Assembly (NCBI GenBank): GCA_049472355.1
Contig: JBLIRP010000002.1
Span: 1,118 to 65,117 of the forward strand
Direction of reading: 5' to 3'
Length of the DNA stretch: 64,000 nucleotides
DNA from: a bacterium
GTDB lineage: Bacteria; SZUA-182; DTGQ01; JAFGSM01
Shown here: positions 10,647 to 21,139 of the stretch, piece after piece
How positions within the stretch are numbered: position 1 is the first letter of the stretch
How the letters are laid out: the number at the start of each line of letters is the position of its first letter
Translations under genes and position numbers: made by a program
Notes under the pieces: model-generated
Seen by the model: the letters and a program-made list of their open reading frames with translations, nothing else
What the model was told of the DNA's origin: nothing
The model's database searches: none

Positions 10647-10753
10647 CGTTACGATTCCTTATCCTGAATGACTATCCGAAGGGAGGAGGGTCCTGCGGAT
10701 CCTCCTCCCTTTTTTCATTGCCCGGTATTGTGCGGTAAGGGGGGTGCGCCAAC

Positions 10754-10790
10754 AAAACTTCGTCAGGCGGAGCGCAGCGGAGCTACTATG
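10754..10790. repeat. solo copy of the ~35-nt GGAGCGAAGCGGAGC-containing repeat
   Basis: AAAACTTCGTCAGGCGGAGCGCAGCGGAGCTACTATG. Same orientation and family as the four copies at 11936-12133. Lies just 3' of the GT4 gene at 10830. Confidence 0.75.
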
Positions 10791-10829
10791 TTTTTTTCAA
10801 GTTGCCCTTGCCTACGAGCCATCAAAAAG

Positions 10830-11933
10830 CTACATTTTTTTATTCCGCAGCACCTCTTCCCACCGCGCCATGACCGCTTCGAGGCCAAACCGCACACACA
10901 CCTCGCGTGCCTTGGAGCCCAGGCTTACCCTAAGGGCCTCATCGAAGACCAATCGTTCCATTGCGGAAGCCAGGGCACTGACATCACCAGGAGGAACCAG
11001 TATTCCATCAACCCCGTCCCGGATGATCTCCCGAGGCCCATTCGGGCAATCATAGCTCACCACCGGCAGTCCGCAGGCCATTGCCTCGCACAACGCATTG
11101 GGGAACCCCTCATACCTGGAGGACAGGACAAAAAGGGCGGCCTCCTTGATCACTGCCCAAGGCTTCGTGGTGCTTCCGAAAAGGTGCACCCTTTCCTGCA
11201 GGCCATACCGGTCGCGGAGGGCTTCCAGGGGACCGCGTTCAGGCCCTTCGCCGATGATCAGCAACGACCATCCGGAATGCCGGACGGCGATTCGTCGAAA
11301 TGCATCAAGAAGCATATCAAAGCCCTTTTCATGCGCCAACCGGCCAAGTGCCACAATCAGTTTCTTTGCGGGCCTTGGAGGTGCCATGGCATCCTCCTCG
11401 CACGGATCGATTACCGGATTCGGTATCACCCTCCCCTTGTTGCGGATTGATGCAGGGAAATATTCCAGTGCCTGGCGGGTCTGAACCACCACACAATCCG
11501 CACGGGGATAGACCCGTAACCGCAACCATTCCCAGGCCCTTCCGATTGCATGGGAATGGGGATTTGTCCTCTCGGAGACGATCACCGGGACGCCCATACC
11601 CCGGGTTGCAATAAGCGTGAGGACATTTGTTTGATCCATGAAGGATATGACGGCATGCGGGGCCGTTTGCCTGATCGCCCGACGCAGGCGATGAATGCGC
11701 TTCATATTCCGTATGAACGCCTGAATGGTGTTCGTAGACCCCCCGGCAAGATCAAGGGGATGATGATCGATGGAGGGATCAAGGGGAAAAAAGGGTGGCT
11801 CCTTCCCGTCATCGAAGCTCAGCAGGGAGATCTCCATGCCCTTCCTCGCCCAGTAATTGGCCATGTGAACGAGGATCTTCTCCGCCCCTCCCAGGGCGAC
11901 AGAGGATATCACAAAGGTGATACGAATCGGCAT
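10830..11933 (-). CDS. glycosyltransferase family 4
   Basis: GT4 motif SSRYEGFPNALCEAMACGLPVVS. Preferred start MPIRITFVISS at 11933; the longer ORF to 11987 runs into the repeat array. Confidence 0.88.
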   Translation of the reverse strand: MPIRITFVISSVALGGAEKILVHMANYWARKGMEISLLSFDDGKEPPFFPLDPSIDHHPLDLAGGSTNTIQAFIRNMKRIHRLRRAIRQTAPHAVISFMDQTNVLTLIATRGMGVPVIVSERTNPHSHAIGRAWEWLRLRVYPRADCVVVQTRQALEYFPASIRNKGRVIPNPVIDPCEEDAMAPPRPAKKLIVALGRLAHEKGFDMLLDAFRRIAVRHSGWSLLIIGEGPERGPLEALRDRYGLQERVHLFGSTTKPWAVIKEAALFVLSSRYEGFPNALCEAMACGLPVVSYDCPNGPREIIRDGVDGILVPPGDVSALASAMERLVFDEALRVSLGSKAREVCVRFGLEAVMARWEEVLRNKKM

Positions 11934-11935
11934 CC

Positions 11936-12133
11936 GAACTTTGTCAGGCGAAGCGAAGCGAAGCACTATGTTACCCCTCCCGGCCAACCTTTATCAGGCG
12001 AAGCGAAGCGGAGCACTATGCTCCTCCTGGGACCATTAAAAGGGCCCGGTACTCAGCATTCCAACCTTTATCAGGCGAAGCGAAGCGGAGCACACACCAA
12101 ACTTTGTCAGGCGGAGCGAAGCGGAGCACTATG
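11936..12133. repeat. array of four same-orientation ~35-nt repeats in a GT-GT intergenic spacer
   Basis: Copies at 11936-11970, 11985-12020, 12062-12095 and 12098-12133. Consensus AAC(T/C)TT(G/A)TCAGGCG(A/G)AGCGAAGCGGAGCAC(TATG), irregular spacing. Three copies are followed by a CCTCC(C/T)(G/A)G-like tail. Confidence 0.85.
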
Positions 12134-12281
12134 CTGCACCTCCCAGCCACCAGAAAAGTCGGTACCCTCCCCATATCGGTCTTTAAACATCTCTGCTCAT
12201 GACAATGTGATCCCAAAATTGGAATTACTGGGGCCGTACCGAAACGGTCATTTCCATGTGCTGCGAATGTTTCCATTGTCA

Positions 12282-13391
12282 TCAGGCATCCAGGCCCAAT
12301 TCTCGAAAAAGACGGAGCCATCGTTCGATTATTGTATCAATACCGAAACGATCCGCCACGTCCTTTGCCGCATTGCCCATCCGCTTCCTAAGGTCTTCGT
12401 TCCTCATCAAGGTCTCCAGCGCCCGCGCAAAGGCCTCGATGTCCCCTGGAGGCACCAGGAAGCCATCCACCATATCCTTGATAATACCGGAGGGGCCGGA
12501 GGGGCAATCGAAGCTGACCGCAGGAAGACCGCACGCCATCGCCTCCATCAGGGCCATGCCCTGCCCTTCATACCGGGACGGAAAGGCAAAGATATCGCCC
12601 TGCGTGAGAAGGGAAAAGGGTTGCGAGAGCACGCCGGGCAAAATGATCCGGTCTGCCAGCCCCGATGCGGCAATCTGACCTTCCAGAGGCACTCTCAGAG
12701 AACCCTCCCCCAGTATGACCACCCCCCACTCGGGGAATGCCGGGGCGATTCGTGAAAAGGCCCGGATCAGCAGATCGAATCCCTTTTGATGTTCCAATCG
12801 ACCCATGGCAACGACGTGCCTTCTCATTTTTCCCGGCATCGGATGAGGGGGCATTTGTGCGGGAATGGGGGTCACGGGATTCGGGATACCGGTTGTCTTC
12901 CATCCCCGGAAATGCCCGGCGGCCCACTGCGCCTGGGCTTCATCCAAAAACACGATGCGGTCCGCCAGCGGATACACCAGGGAGCGCACATAATACCAGC
13001 GCCTGTTTGAAGTGGGATGGCAGCGGATGTCCACCTGGCAGGAGATTAGTTTTTTCACCCTCCATAAGGGCGTGGCGAGCAGAAAGAGTTCATTGAGACC
13101 ATCCAAAAAACTTATCACGAGATCCGGATGCAGCCCTTGCAAACACCGTCTGATCATGTACAATCGCCTCAGGTTTCCCCACACATCATACCAGGGTATG
13201 GAAAGGAATCTCCCCAGGTGCAGTGTTTCGCGGCGGATACCTTTATCCAGGGTATAAAGGTCCGGGAGATCCCCCCGGCAGGTGACCACGGTCACCTCAT
13301 GTGACCTGGTGTGAAATCCCTTGGCAAGGAGCACCACACTCCGCTCGGCCCCCCCGCCGGCCAAAGACCCGCAAAACAGCAGGATCTTCAT
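12282..13391 (-). CDS. glycosyltransferase family 4
   Basis: PSRYEGQGMALMEAMACGLPAVS. Start MKILLFCGSLAGGGAE at 13391 makes an ATGA overlap with the upstream gene's stop. Confidence 0.88.
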   Translation of the reverse strand: MKILLFCGSLAGGGAERSVVLLAKGFHTRSHEVTVVTCRGDLPDLYTLDKGIRRETLHLGRFLSIPWYDVWGNLRRLYMIRRCLQGLHPDLVISFLDGLNELFLLATPLWRVKKLISCQVDIRCHPTSNRRWYYVRSLVYPLADRIVFLDEAQAQWAAGHFRGWKTTGIPNPVTPIPAQMPPHPMPGKMRRHVVAMGRLEHQKGFDLLIRAFSRIAPAFPEWGVVILGEGSLRVPLEGQIAASGLADRIILPGVLSQPFSLLTQGDIFAFPSRYEGQGMALMEAMACGLPAVSFDCPSGPSGIIKDMVDGFLVPPGDIEAFARALETLMRNEDLRKRMGNAAKDVADRFGIDTIIERWLRLFRELGLDA

Positions 13392-14551
13392 TGCTTGATC
13401 CCGTATGCCGATACCAGGGCGTCCACGGTCATATCCACTGTCCGGTGCAGGGAAAATCGTTCTTGCACACGCTGCTGCAGGGCAATGCCCATATCCTGCC
13501 GCGCCTTCTCGTTGTCCCGGAGCCATAGGATATGCTTTTGTAATGCTTCGACATTCATGGGGTCAATCAGGAATCCCTGTATTCCGTGATCGATTACCTC
13601 GGGGTTTCCCCCCTTGTTCGACGCGATGCAGGGAATTCCCCTGGCCCCTGCCTCCAGCAGGGTATGCGACAATCCCTCATACAGGGAGGGCAAAACCACG
13701 ACATGAATCCTGCTGAATTCTTCGTTCAGACGCTCCCTGGAGATGCGTCCCGTAAAGGTGACCCTTTCGGTGATCCCCATGCGTCTGGAAAGGTCCATCA
13801 GTATGGGACCTTCAGGACCGTCTCCGATGATGCGGACGTGCACCCCATCCACTGCCCTGACCGCCAAAAGAAGGGCATCCACCCCCTTCCAGTTGGTCAG
13901 TCTTCCGATGAAGGCCACCTGCAGGGCGCATCCCTGTGCCCTTTTGATCTGTGCCCCGGAAAAGGACCGCCCGTCCACCCCGTTGTAGATCATCTCCACC
14001 CTTTCCGGTGCTACCCCCCACCCGATCACCATCTTTCTTAGATAGTCACTCGGGGTGATGATGTGCGAGGCAGCCCGGATATACCGATAACGGCGTGCAC
14101 TGATTATACCGAGGGATTCCGGCTGTTTGGAGGTCGGCTGATAGGCATCGATATCCATTGACGTTTGTCCGGTGTTCCGTGCGGTCTCCCACACCGTGTC
14201 CCCTGCGATCTTCAGGACGAACGGCTTGCGCAAGATAAGGGAGACCCAGGAGACATAGTGCTCCAGCCCGTTAGCGAACACGGCTGATGCGCGGAACATC
14301 TCCGCAAGGAGTGTTGTGCGAACCTGCAACTCATGGATCACATGTTTTTTGTTCCGTTCCAGGCGAATCAGATGAAAGGGGAACCGGGAATCGTCAGGAT
14401 AGCGCCTCCGGTCGGAGGTGCACACCACCCTCACCGGATATCCCTTCTCGCACAAGGCATTCCCCAGCATGGGAATAAAGGTGGCAGGTCCGCCGATATC
14501 CGGCGGGAATATGTTCGTCACGAGCACTATATGCATTCTCTTTTTGGTCAC
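13388..14551 (-). CDS. glycosyltransferase family 4
   Basis: MHIVLVTNIFPPDIGGPATF N-terminus and PSLYEGLSHTLLEAGARGIPCIAS. Start is GTG at 14551 (GTGA overlap) or ATG at 14536. Confidence 0.88.
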   Translation of the reverse strand: MTKKRMHIVLVTNIFPPDIGGPATFIPMLGNALCEKGYPVRVVCTSDRRRYPDDSRFPFHLIRLERNKKHVIHELQVRTTLLAEMFRASAVFANGLEHYVSWVSLILRKPFVLKIAGDTVWETARNTGQTSMDIDAYQPTSKQPESLGIISARRYRYIRAASHIITPSDYLRKMVIGWGVAPERVEMIYNGVDGRSFSGAQIKRAQGCALQVAFIGRLTNWKGVDALLLAVRAVDGVHVRIIGDGPEGPILMDLSRRMGITERVTFTGRISRERLNEEFSRIHVVVLPSLYEGLSHTLLEAGARGIPCIASNKGGNPEVIDHGIQGFLIDPMNVEALQKHILWLRDNEKARQDMGIALQQRVQERFSLHRTVDMTVDALVSAYGIKQ

Positions 14552-15609
14552 GATCCGGCAACCTCCTGCAGGTTTTCCATAATCCGCACTGCATACGAGT
14601 GAAGATCGTGCCGTCCCTCCACAAGCCCCCGCAATGCCACCGGATCATACCGATCACGGCGGCCGTAGATATATTCCACGCGCTCTGCAATCGCCTCCGG
14701 CCGATCCTCATGCATGAAAAATTCGGGATATCCTGAAAGAAGGTCCTTGAACGCAGGATTTGTGGTGAGGACCGGGCAGCCGGAGGAGAGCGCCTCCAGG
14801 ACCGTTTTATCCATGCTGTTCGTGCGGCTGACATTCAGATGCAGAAATGCGGTCTGGTACAACCGGGGCACGTATTCCAGGGGAACGTATCCAACCATGT
14901 CCACATCGGACTGTATCCCTCTCTCCCAGATGAATGCGGATATCCCCTGTCCATAACTCACATCCTCCATGGTGAGCAGGGGACCGGCAATCCTGAGCCT
15001 GCACCCCCGCAGCCTGCCCCTTGCTCTGATTGCCTCCATTGTGCTGACAAGCAGATCCACGCGCTTCCTGGCGGAGATCCTCCCAACGTACAGGATATCC
15101 CGCGGATCGCGCTGCACAGGAATCCGGAAAAGGGATGTATCCACGCCCTGTCCGATGACACGGACCTTCGGAGATTCGATGCGACACCCCTCGGCAGACG
15201 AGGTGAGCACCCGGTCGGCACACCGAACCGCCCACCGCAGACGCCGGCTGACCGTTCCGTGGGCATACCAGACCACAACCGGCAGGCCGAGCAGCGAAAA
15301 ACAGGGGCACAATCGATAGGACCACTCCATGTCCATGTGAATGAACACCGCATCGATGCGATGCCTGCGGCATAGCCAATAGACCGACCAGTTCAGCAGC
15401 CACCTCCCGCCGATCCGGTGCGGAACCCCCATGGGCCGGCGTGGGACCTGATAGACGTGCACATTGGGGGGAGCGTCAAATGTGCCAAGCTTGGAGGTGA
15501 TGACCACAAGCGCCGCGCACCGCGCTGCAAGCTCCCTGACCACCCTCGCCTGCCAGGCCAGGACCCCGTGCAGTTCATCCGTTACGAAATTAATCAGAAG
15601 AAGGTTCAT
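14548..15609 (-). CDS. glycosyltransferase (GT4-like)
   Basis: 353-aa ORF with a GT-B C-terminal motif region (VSRTNSMDKTVLEALSSGCPVLTT). Coupled to its neighbours by overlaps. Confidence 0.8.
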   Translation of the reverse strand: MNLLLINFVTDELHGVLAWQARVVRELAARCAALVVITSKLGTFDAPPNVHVYQVPRRPMGVPHRIGGRWLLNWSVYWLCRRHRIDAVFIHMDMEWSYRLCPCFSLLGLPVVVWYAHGTVSRRLRWAVRCADRVLTSSAEGCRIESPKVRVIGQGVDTSLFRIPVQRDPRDILYVGRISARKRVDLLVSTMEAIRARGRLRGCRLRIAGPLLTMEDVSYGQGISAFIWERGIQSDVDMVGYVPLEYVPRLYQTAFLHLNVSRTNSMDKTVLEALSSGCPVLTTNPAFKDLLSGYPEFFMHEDRPEAIAERVEYIYGRRDRYDPVALRGLVEGRHDLHSYAVRIMENLQEVAGS

Positions 15610-16288
15610 GTGTTATGATGTCAAACACCAGGGTGTTGCAATATAAAGAGGGGCCCATGAATATTTGTCCCAGACGGGTGTAGAGCGTATTCACCACTCC
15701 GATGGGAGAGAAGGAATAGAAATCCCTGCAACCGATGATCCTGGAGACCCTCGCCTTATTTTCCTGTGACCGTGCCGAAACAAAGGAAACGGCGTTCTTA
15801 TAGGTGGTCAACCAGCGATGACGGTCCCCCTGGTGATCCCCATAAAGATCGTATTTACCCGTCTTGAGTGAGCCCCTCAACAAGAAATGCACCCGATGGA
15901 TGAGGGTGGACATATTGGGCAGGCTCACGATCAGCTCTTTCCGGGCTATCCTCGCACATTCGTCAAATGCCTGATGGATATGTTCAAGGTGTTCGAGCAC
16001 ATCCAGAATGACCACGTAATCGAACTGCCCGTCCTTGAAGGGCAGAGGCCGCTCCAGATCGACCGCATAATCATGTCCGTGTTCGATATCGGCTGAGTAG
16101 TAGGTAAGCGAGGGGCTCGCGCCGCCGGTATCGAGGAACTCCAGCAGCCGCCGGTCCCGGGAACCCAGATCGATCAGGGTTCCCTTCTTTTTGGAAAGGA
16201 GGGCCGAAGCCACCTCATAGCGGGAGAGATATTCCGACTTCACCACCGGAATCGTGTTCCCTGTTCCTTTTTTATCCATATGCTTCAT
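15590..16288 (-). CDS. class I SAM-dependent methyltransferase
   Basis: Motif I-like LIDLGSRDRRLLEFL, then FDYVVILDVLEHL. Confidence 0.8.
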   Translation of the reverse strand: MKHMDKKGTGNTIPVVKSEYLSRYEVASALLSKKKGTLIDLGSRDRRLLEFLDTGGASPSLTYYSADIEHGHDYAVDLERPLPFKDGQFDYVVILDVLEHLEHIHQAFDECARIARKELIVSLPNMSTLIHRVHFLLRGSLKTGKYDLYGDHQGDRHRWLTTYKNAVSFVSARSQENKARVSRIIGCRDFYSFSPIGVVNTLYTRLGQIFMGPSLYCNTLVFDIITHEPSSD

Positions 16289-16422
16289 GTTTATCCATGT
16301 ACTTCATTATAAAAACTGCATTATCCCCAATCATCTCCAGGATGACAATCCCTTCTCTAACCCACCGCTGCACTTCCAATTTTGCACCGGATCGTCATGA
16401 GCAGACATGTTTAGCACTGCCC

Positions 16423-17592
16423 TCATACCGCCTGATCGACCAGCAATCGGACCCACGCCTTTGTCAATCTATCCGGATCAAATGCAACCCGAACCTTGAT
16501 ATGGCCGGCTGATCCCATCCGTTCCCGCAGTGCGTTGTCCTGCAGCAGGCGAACGGCGCTCCGGGCCATTTCCTCTGTGCCGTTGTGATGGTGGAGGAAC
16601 CCGGTGATACCATCATCCACGATATCCTCCACACCGGTGATCCGTGTGGCCACCACCGGGAGGTGGTGCCAGCCGGCCTCTGCCAGAACCCTGCCGAATC
16701 CCTCATACAGGGAGGTCAACAGGAATACCGAGGCCTCGTTGTAGTGACTGGAAAGCTGGTGGTAGGCCACTTCACCGACGAATTCGACAACGCCTTCCAG
16801 GCCCAATCTCGTGCATTGCTCCTCCAGGCTCTTCCTAAGCGGGCCTTCTCCGATAATGCGAAATCTGGCAGTGGGCTCAAGCTCGGCAATCCGGCTTGCC
16901 ACCCGCAGCCACAATGAAAGATTCTTTTGCCATACCAGACGCCCGACAAAAAGCACCACCGGCCTTCTGGTCGCGCAATCCCTGGAAACTGCCGCACAAG
17001 CATCATCCTTCTCATCCGCCATGCTCACCGGAACCGGAATGAGGGCGATCCTCTTTCTGAACCCCCTCCGGATAAGCCCCTGCCTAATCCCGCTCCCCAC
17101 CACCCGGAGGGCGGAATAAAGCGGCAGGAGACTCAGGGTGATGAAAAGCCGGAGCCTCCCCTTCCAATCCCCGCCAAGGCAATCCCTTTGGGCATAGGGA
17201 GAAAACAGGTCATAGTGCATCTGGCCGACAACCGGTATCCGAAGGAGCAGGCCAAAAAAAAGAACCCACCATCCCATCTCCGCTACATCCTGACAGGTAA
17301 GGACCCTGATCGGAAGACGGCGGTGGAGCTTGAATAGTCTCCAGAGGAGCGTAACGAAGCTCCTTCTCCCAAGGAACTGAAGGGGTATGAGGCGGAGATT
17401 GGATTGATGGATCTCCCCATAGTCGGGGGATCGGGCGAGCACCATGATGCTCATGCGCGAGCCCGGGGACTGGGAGAGAAGCTCGGCCGCATAACGCACC
17501 TGGCGTGTCCGGGCATCCGACCTGCCATTCTCCCTGAATACGGCATCATCCCAGCTTACCTGCACGATATGGAGGCCCCCTTTCTTATCCAC
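16423..17592 (-). CDS. glycosyltransferase family 4
   Basis: TSLYEGFGRVLAEAGWHHLPVVAT. The ORF is open to 17661 but that overlaps wzt. GTG at 17592 is preceded by AAGGAGA and lies 5 nt after the wzt stop, so it is the more plausible start (inference). Confidence 0.82.
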   Translation of the reverse strand: MDKKGGLHIVQVSWDDAVFRENGRSDARTRQVRYAAELLSQSPGSRMSIMVLARSPDYGEIHQSNLRLIPLQFLGRRSFVTLLWRLFKLHRRLPIRVLTCQDVAEMGWWVLFFGLLLRIPVVGQMHYDLFSPYAQRDCLGGDWKGRLRLFITLSLLPLYSALRVVGSGIRQGLIRRGFRKRIALIPVPVSMADEKDDACAAVSRDCATRRPVVLFVGRLVWQKNLSLWLRVASRIAELEPTARFRIIGEGPLRKSLEEQCTRLGLEGVVEFVGEVAYHQLSSHYNEASVFLLTSLYEGFGRVLAEAGWHHLPVVATRITGVEDIVDDGITGFLHHHNGTEEMARSAVRLLQDNALRERMGSAGHIKVRVAFDPDRLTKAWVRLLVDQAV

Positions 17593-17596
17593 CTGT

Positions 17597-18835
17597 TCAA
17601 TCTCCTTCCCTGCACACGCCGCTTTTGACATGAATCCCCAACTGCGGATCCAGCACGGCATGGGATTGAGCCCGTCCCTGTATGGTAAAGCCCACCGGAT
17701 CGAGGAATTTGATCACCTTTTTTAACGTGGTTTGATCAACAACCGCGATGTACGGAAAGAAATGGTGCGAGGCGAGATGCAGGTCCGGAAACTCGATACA
17801 GATCGTATGCTCCCCGGTGACGCCTTCCAGGTCGCTGCAATGAAAGGTTTGGCTGATTACGGGCTGCATTGCCTCATTCAAAAGAACGATATCGAGGCCC
17901 ACGCTTTCGATCTCCCGGGAGAGCGCGATAGTGTACCAGATTCGAAAGGGCCCCCTGGACAGCACCTCCCGGGAAGGGCCCTCCCCCTGCTCGATACCCC
18001 ACCCCAGGAATTCGATCCCCTCGGCAATCACCAGGCCCTCTCCCTTCATCCGGGTGCCCTTTGCAATCCTGAGGTTCTGGGAGTGGACATAGGCGTCGAT
18101 CACTTCATCCGGCTCCCCGTAGCAGATCATCCTGCCATGATCAAGGAGCAGGCACCGTGTACACAATCGCCGCAACTGATTGACATTATGGCTCACGAAT
18201 ACTACGGCGCCGGCCTGTTCCCTGATCCTTGCCACCTTGTCCAGGCTCTTCATCTGAAATCCGATATCCCCCACGGAGAGGACCTCGTCCAGGATAAGGA
18301 TCTCCGGCTGTATGATGGTGGCCACCGAAAAACCCAGTCGCACCCTCATGCCGGTGCTGTATGTTGCCACGGGGCTGTCGATGAATTCCTCCAATTCCGC
18401 AAATTCAATGATCTCATCCAATCGTGCGAGCAGATCCCTCCTGCGGATTCCCAGAACGGCCCCGCTCACCAGGATATTCTCGCGGCCCGAGAGCATGAGG
18501 CTGAAGGCCCCACCAAGCTCTATCAAGGCCTGCATGGAACCGTTGACGGTTATCTGCCCGCGCGTTGGCTTGATGATGCCATTCAACAGCTTCAGGAGGG
18601 TTGATTTTCCCGCCCCGTTAGGACCGACAATCCCAAGCGTCTCTCCCCGTTTGAGTTCGAAATTGATGTCCTGTAATCCCCAGAACTCCCTTTTTCTCAG
18701 CGATAGGTTTCTGTTCCTGAAGCAGAAGGCATCCCGTGCGATGTCGCAAAGGGCATAGTAGAGGGAGGTCTTGAGATTGCGGCAGTACCGCTTCCACACT
18801 CCCGTTACTCGTATCAGGGTGTCCTTGTCATGCAT
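17597..18835 (-). CDS. wzt: polysaccharide ABC exporter ATP-binding protein (Wzt/TagH-like) with extra C-terminal domain
   Basis: Walker A GPNGAGKST, signature YSTGMRVRL, Walker B ILILDEVL. About 170 aa follow the NBD. Preferred start MHDKDTLIRV at 18835, next to the wzm stop. Confidence 0.88.
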   Translation of the reverse strand: MHDKDTLIRVTGVWKRYCRNLKTSLYYALCDIARDAFCFRNRNLSLRKREFWGLQDINFELKRGETLGIVGPNGAGKSTLLKLLNGIIKPTRGQITVNGSMQALIELGGAFSLMLSGRENILVSGAVLGIRRRDLLARLDEIIEFAELEEFIDSPVATYSTGMRVRLGFSVATIIQPEILILDEVLSVGDIGFQMKSLDKVARIREQAGAVVFVSHNVNQLRRLCTRCLLLDHGRMICYGEPDEVIDAYVHSQNLRIAKGTRMKGEGLVIAEGIEFLGWGIEQGEGPSREVLSRGPFRIWYTIALSREIESVGLDIVLLNEAMQPVISQTFHCSDLEGVTGEHTICIEFPDLHLASHHFFPYIAVVDQTTLKKVIKFLDPVGFTIQGRAQSHAVLDPQLGIHVKSGVCREGD

Positions 18836-18837
18836 GG

Positions 18838-19680
18838 TTACGCACTGAGCCTTTCGAATATGATGGGCAGACTGATCTTGAAAAGGATCCATCCAGCACA
18901 TAACACCAGCATCCCGGCGGAAAGGATCCATAGAAGAACCGGATAGTATGCCGGTGAGAGCCTGAAAAAGAGATCCCTGGGGAAATTGACAAGATACATG
19001 AGTGGATTCACCTTGAAGTACCACGCAATTGAATCACTGGAGGCATTGACGTAGTAACCCACCGGGGTGATGAAGAGGAGAACTGTCGTACTCAGGACAA
19101 CCGATTCGGCAAAATCCTTGTATAACAAACCCAGTGGCATGAGCACCAGTCCGAGGCAGGTGCCGAAGACGAGTATGGGGAAAATCGAAAAAATGATTGC
19201 CGGCAGGGCCAACAATCCGGGAATATACCTGAACCAGACGCAGAACCCGAGCAGCAGGATCAGCCTTACCACGAAGCTCGCAAGGCTCTGATACACAGAG
19301 GCGAGAATAAGGCCCTCCACCGGCAGGCTGATCTTCGTAACGAGGCCCTTTGACCCCTCAACCACCTTCGTGGGATTCAAAAGGCAGTCCACAAAAAGCT
19401 GCCAGAAGAGCATGCCCGTCAGAATAAACAGGGGCGCCGGAATGCCAGGGGGGCCGCTCTGCACGACATTCGTCCGGTTGAGAAATACGAAAATCCCCGT
19501 CATGAGCAAGGGAGGGAGGAATGCCCACAAAAAGCCCAGCAGGGTTTGACGATACTTGGCATTAAAATCCCTCAGGAATATCTGGAAGGACAAATCACGG
19601 GAATTCCAGAAATCCCTGCACATGGACCGAAGCAAGCGTTTCGGATGTAATAGCGGGCTCTCCGGAGAATAGGTGATCAT
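18838..19680 (-). CDS. wzm: ABC-2 type polysaccharide exporter permease
   Basis: 280-aa polytopic protein (about 6 TM) directly upstream of wzt, with a typical ABC-2/Wzm N-terminus (FNAKYRQTLLGFLWAFLPPLL). Confidence 0.85.
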   Translation of the reverse strand: MITYSPESPLLHPKRLLRSMCRDFWNSRDLSFQIFLRDFNAKYRQTLLGFLWAFLPPLLMTGIFVFLNRTNVVQSGPPGIPAPLFILTGMLFWQLFVDCLLNPTKVVEGSKGLVTKISLPVEGLILASVYQSLASFVVRLILLLGFCVWFRYIPGLLALPAIIFSIFPILVFGTCLGLVLMPLGLLYKDFAESVVLSTTVLLFITPVGYYVNASSDSIAWYFKVNPLMYLVNFPRDLFFRLSPAYYPVLLWILSAGMLVLCAGWILFKISLPIIFERLSA

Positions 19681-20316
19681 GTCCTATTCCTCGATGTATC
19701 CTCTTTCCATCCACCGTTATATGGAAGTGGGTAAAAATCCAAAGACATACCCCCTTTTTTTAGAAAAGTTGCCATACATATATCATAGTCGAGAGATCAA
19801 GGAAAGCAGCACCGGGAGCCAGGGGACGCATCCGCACACAGGCCGCCAATGACGCCCCTGCATCATATCGCCCTCATCAGGCATGAAGATAACCCGTACC
19901 GACCTCATGCCACCAGTTTTCCTCTTCATCGAAGTGTCCTCCCCTATATGTATTCATCGGATGTTCCGGTCAAAAAGTCGGCGAACCTTCAATGTATCGA
20001 GAAGCTGCCCGGCATGTCCAATTTTGAACCTTATTTCATTTTGTGTGGTCAGGCATAGTAACCCCCTGCAATCCAATACAACAATCAGCATTGCAGGAAG
20101 CTACCATCATCGAATGGCATGGTTTACCCGATAAGAATATGGGGCGTATTGTCCACACCCATAGGAAAGAATCACGGGGAATGCCATTTTGTGATATGAT
20201 GTAATCGCGCAACACACTATTGCATAGAGGGAAGGGAGTGCAGGATATTCTGCATTTACGATATGAACAACGGCGTTGATGCTCGGCAATCCACAGCATA
20301 GGGAACGGACCATCCG

Positions 20317-21036
20317 ATGATCCTTAATCCAAAGCGGCTTACATGGCGAAGGTACCTCAAAATGATACAAAGCCCCTACTCGATGCTGCGAACCCTTCAA
20401 TACGAACGGATTCAAGGGATTCCCTTGGAGGGACCCATACTGGACGTGGGAGGCGGCAAACGCAATAGCTATATGCATCTTTTTGACGTGAATGGGGTCG
20501 TTGAAAGCATCAATATCGACCCTGATATGGAACCGACCTACTGTGCCGATCTCAACCATCCCCTGCCGGTTCACGATAATACATACAACACCATCATATC
20601 ACTGAATACCCTGGAACACATACGTAAGGATGAAGCCCTGCTGCGAGAGATGTATCGGGTGCTCAAACCCGGCGGAAGGATACTGATTATGGTACCCTTT
20701 CTTTACCGAGTGCACGCATCCCCGTCCGATTTTCATCGACATGCCGCGTACTGGTGGGACCAAATCCTTGAAGGGATCGGCTTCCAAAAACAGGACATCA
20801 TAGTCGAGCCCCTCATGTGGGATATCATCGGGACCGGTTTTGCGATCAGTGAATACTGGTGTCCACCTCGAGTGCCTTTTCCCAAATCGTTTCGTTGTAT
20901 CCGAAGGTGTCTCCTTCTGCTCATTGGAACAATCTATCAAACCATCCGATGGAGGAATCATAAAAGGCTGCCGGACGCCATTGGACTACAGGAAAGGGAT
21001 TACGCCCTTGGATATTTCATTGAGGCAAAAAAGTGA
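20317..21036 (+). CDS. class I SAM-dependent methyltransferase (Methyltransf_11-like)
   Basis: ILDVGGGKRNSY, NTLEHI, LKPGGRILIMVP. Confidence 0.8.
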   Translation: MILNPKRLTWRRYLKMIQSPYSMLRTLQYERIQGIPLEGPILDVGGGKRNSYMHLFDVNGVVESINIDPDMEPTYCADLNHPLPVHDNTYNTIISLNTLEHIRKDEALLREMYRVLKPGGRILIMVPFLYRVHASPSDFHRHAAYWWDQILEGIGFQKQDIIVEPLMWDIIGTGFAISEYWCPPRVPFPKSFRCIRRCLLLLIGTIYQTIRWRNHKRLPDAIGLQERDYALGYFIEAKK

Positions 21037-21139
21037 AGGCCACGCGATGCTTTCAGTGAAAAAATGGCAACCCGGATGGATAGGGATTCCGCATTACTGA
21101 CGATATAGTGAAAGGAAGCACATTGTTAAGAAAACAGAA

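Noticed and set aside
11936-12133. CRISPR array?
   Set aside because: The repeats are about 35 nt long but irregularly spaced (36-77 nt between starts) and imperfect. There are only four copies, no cas genes, and a solo copy on the other side of the gene.
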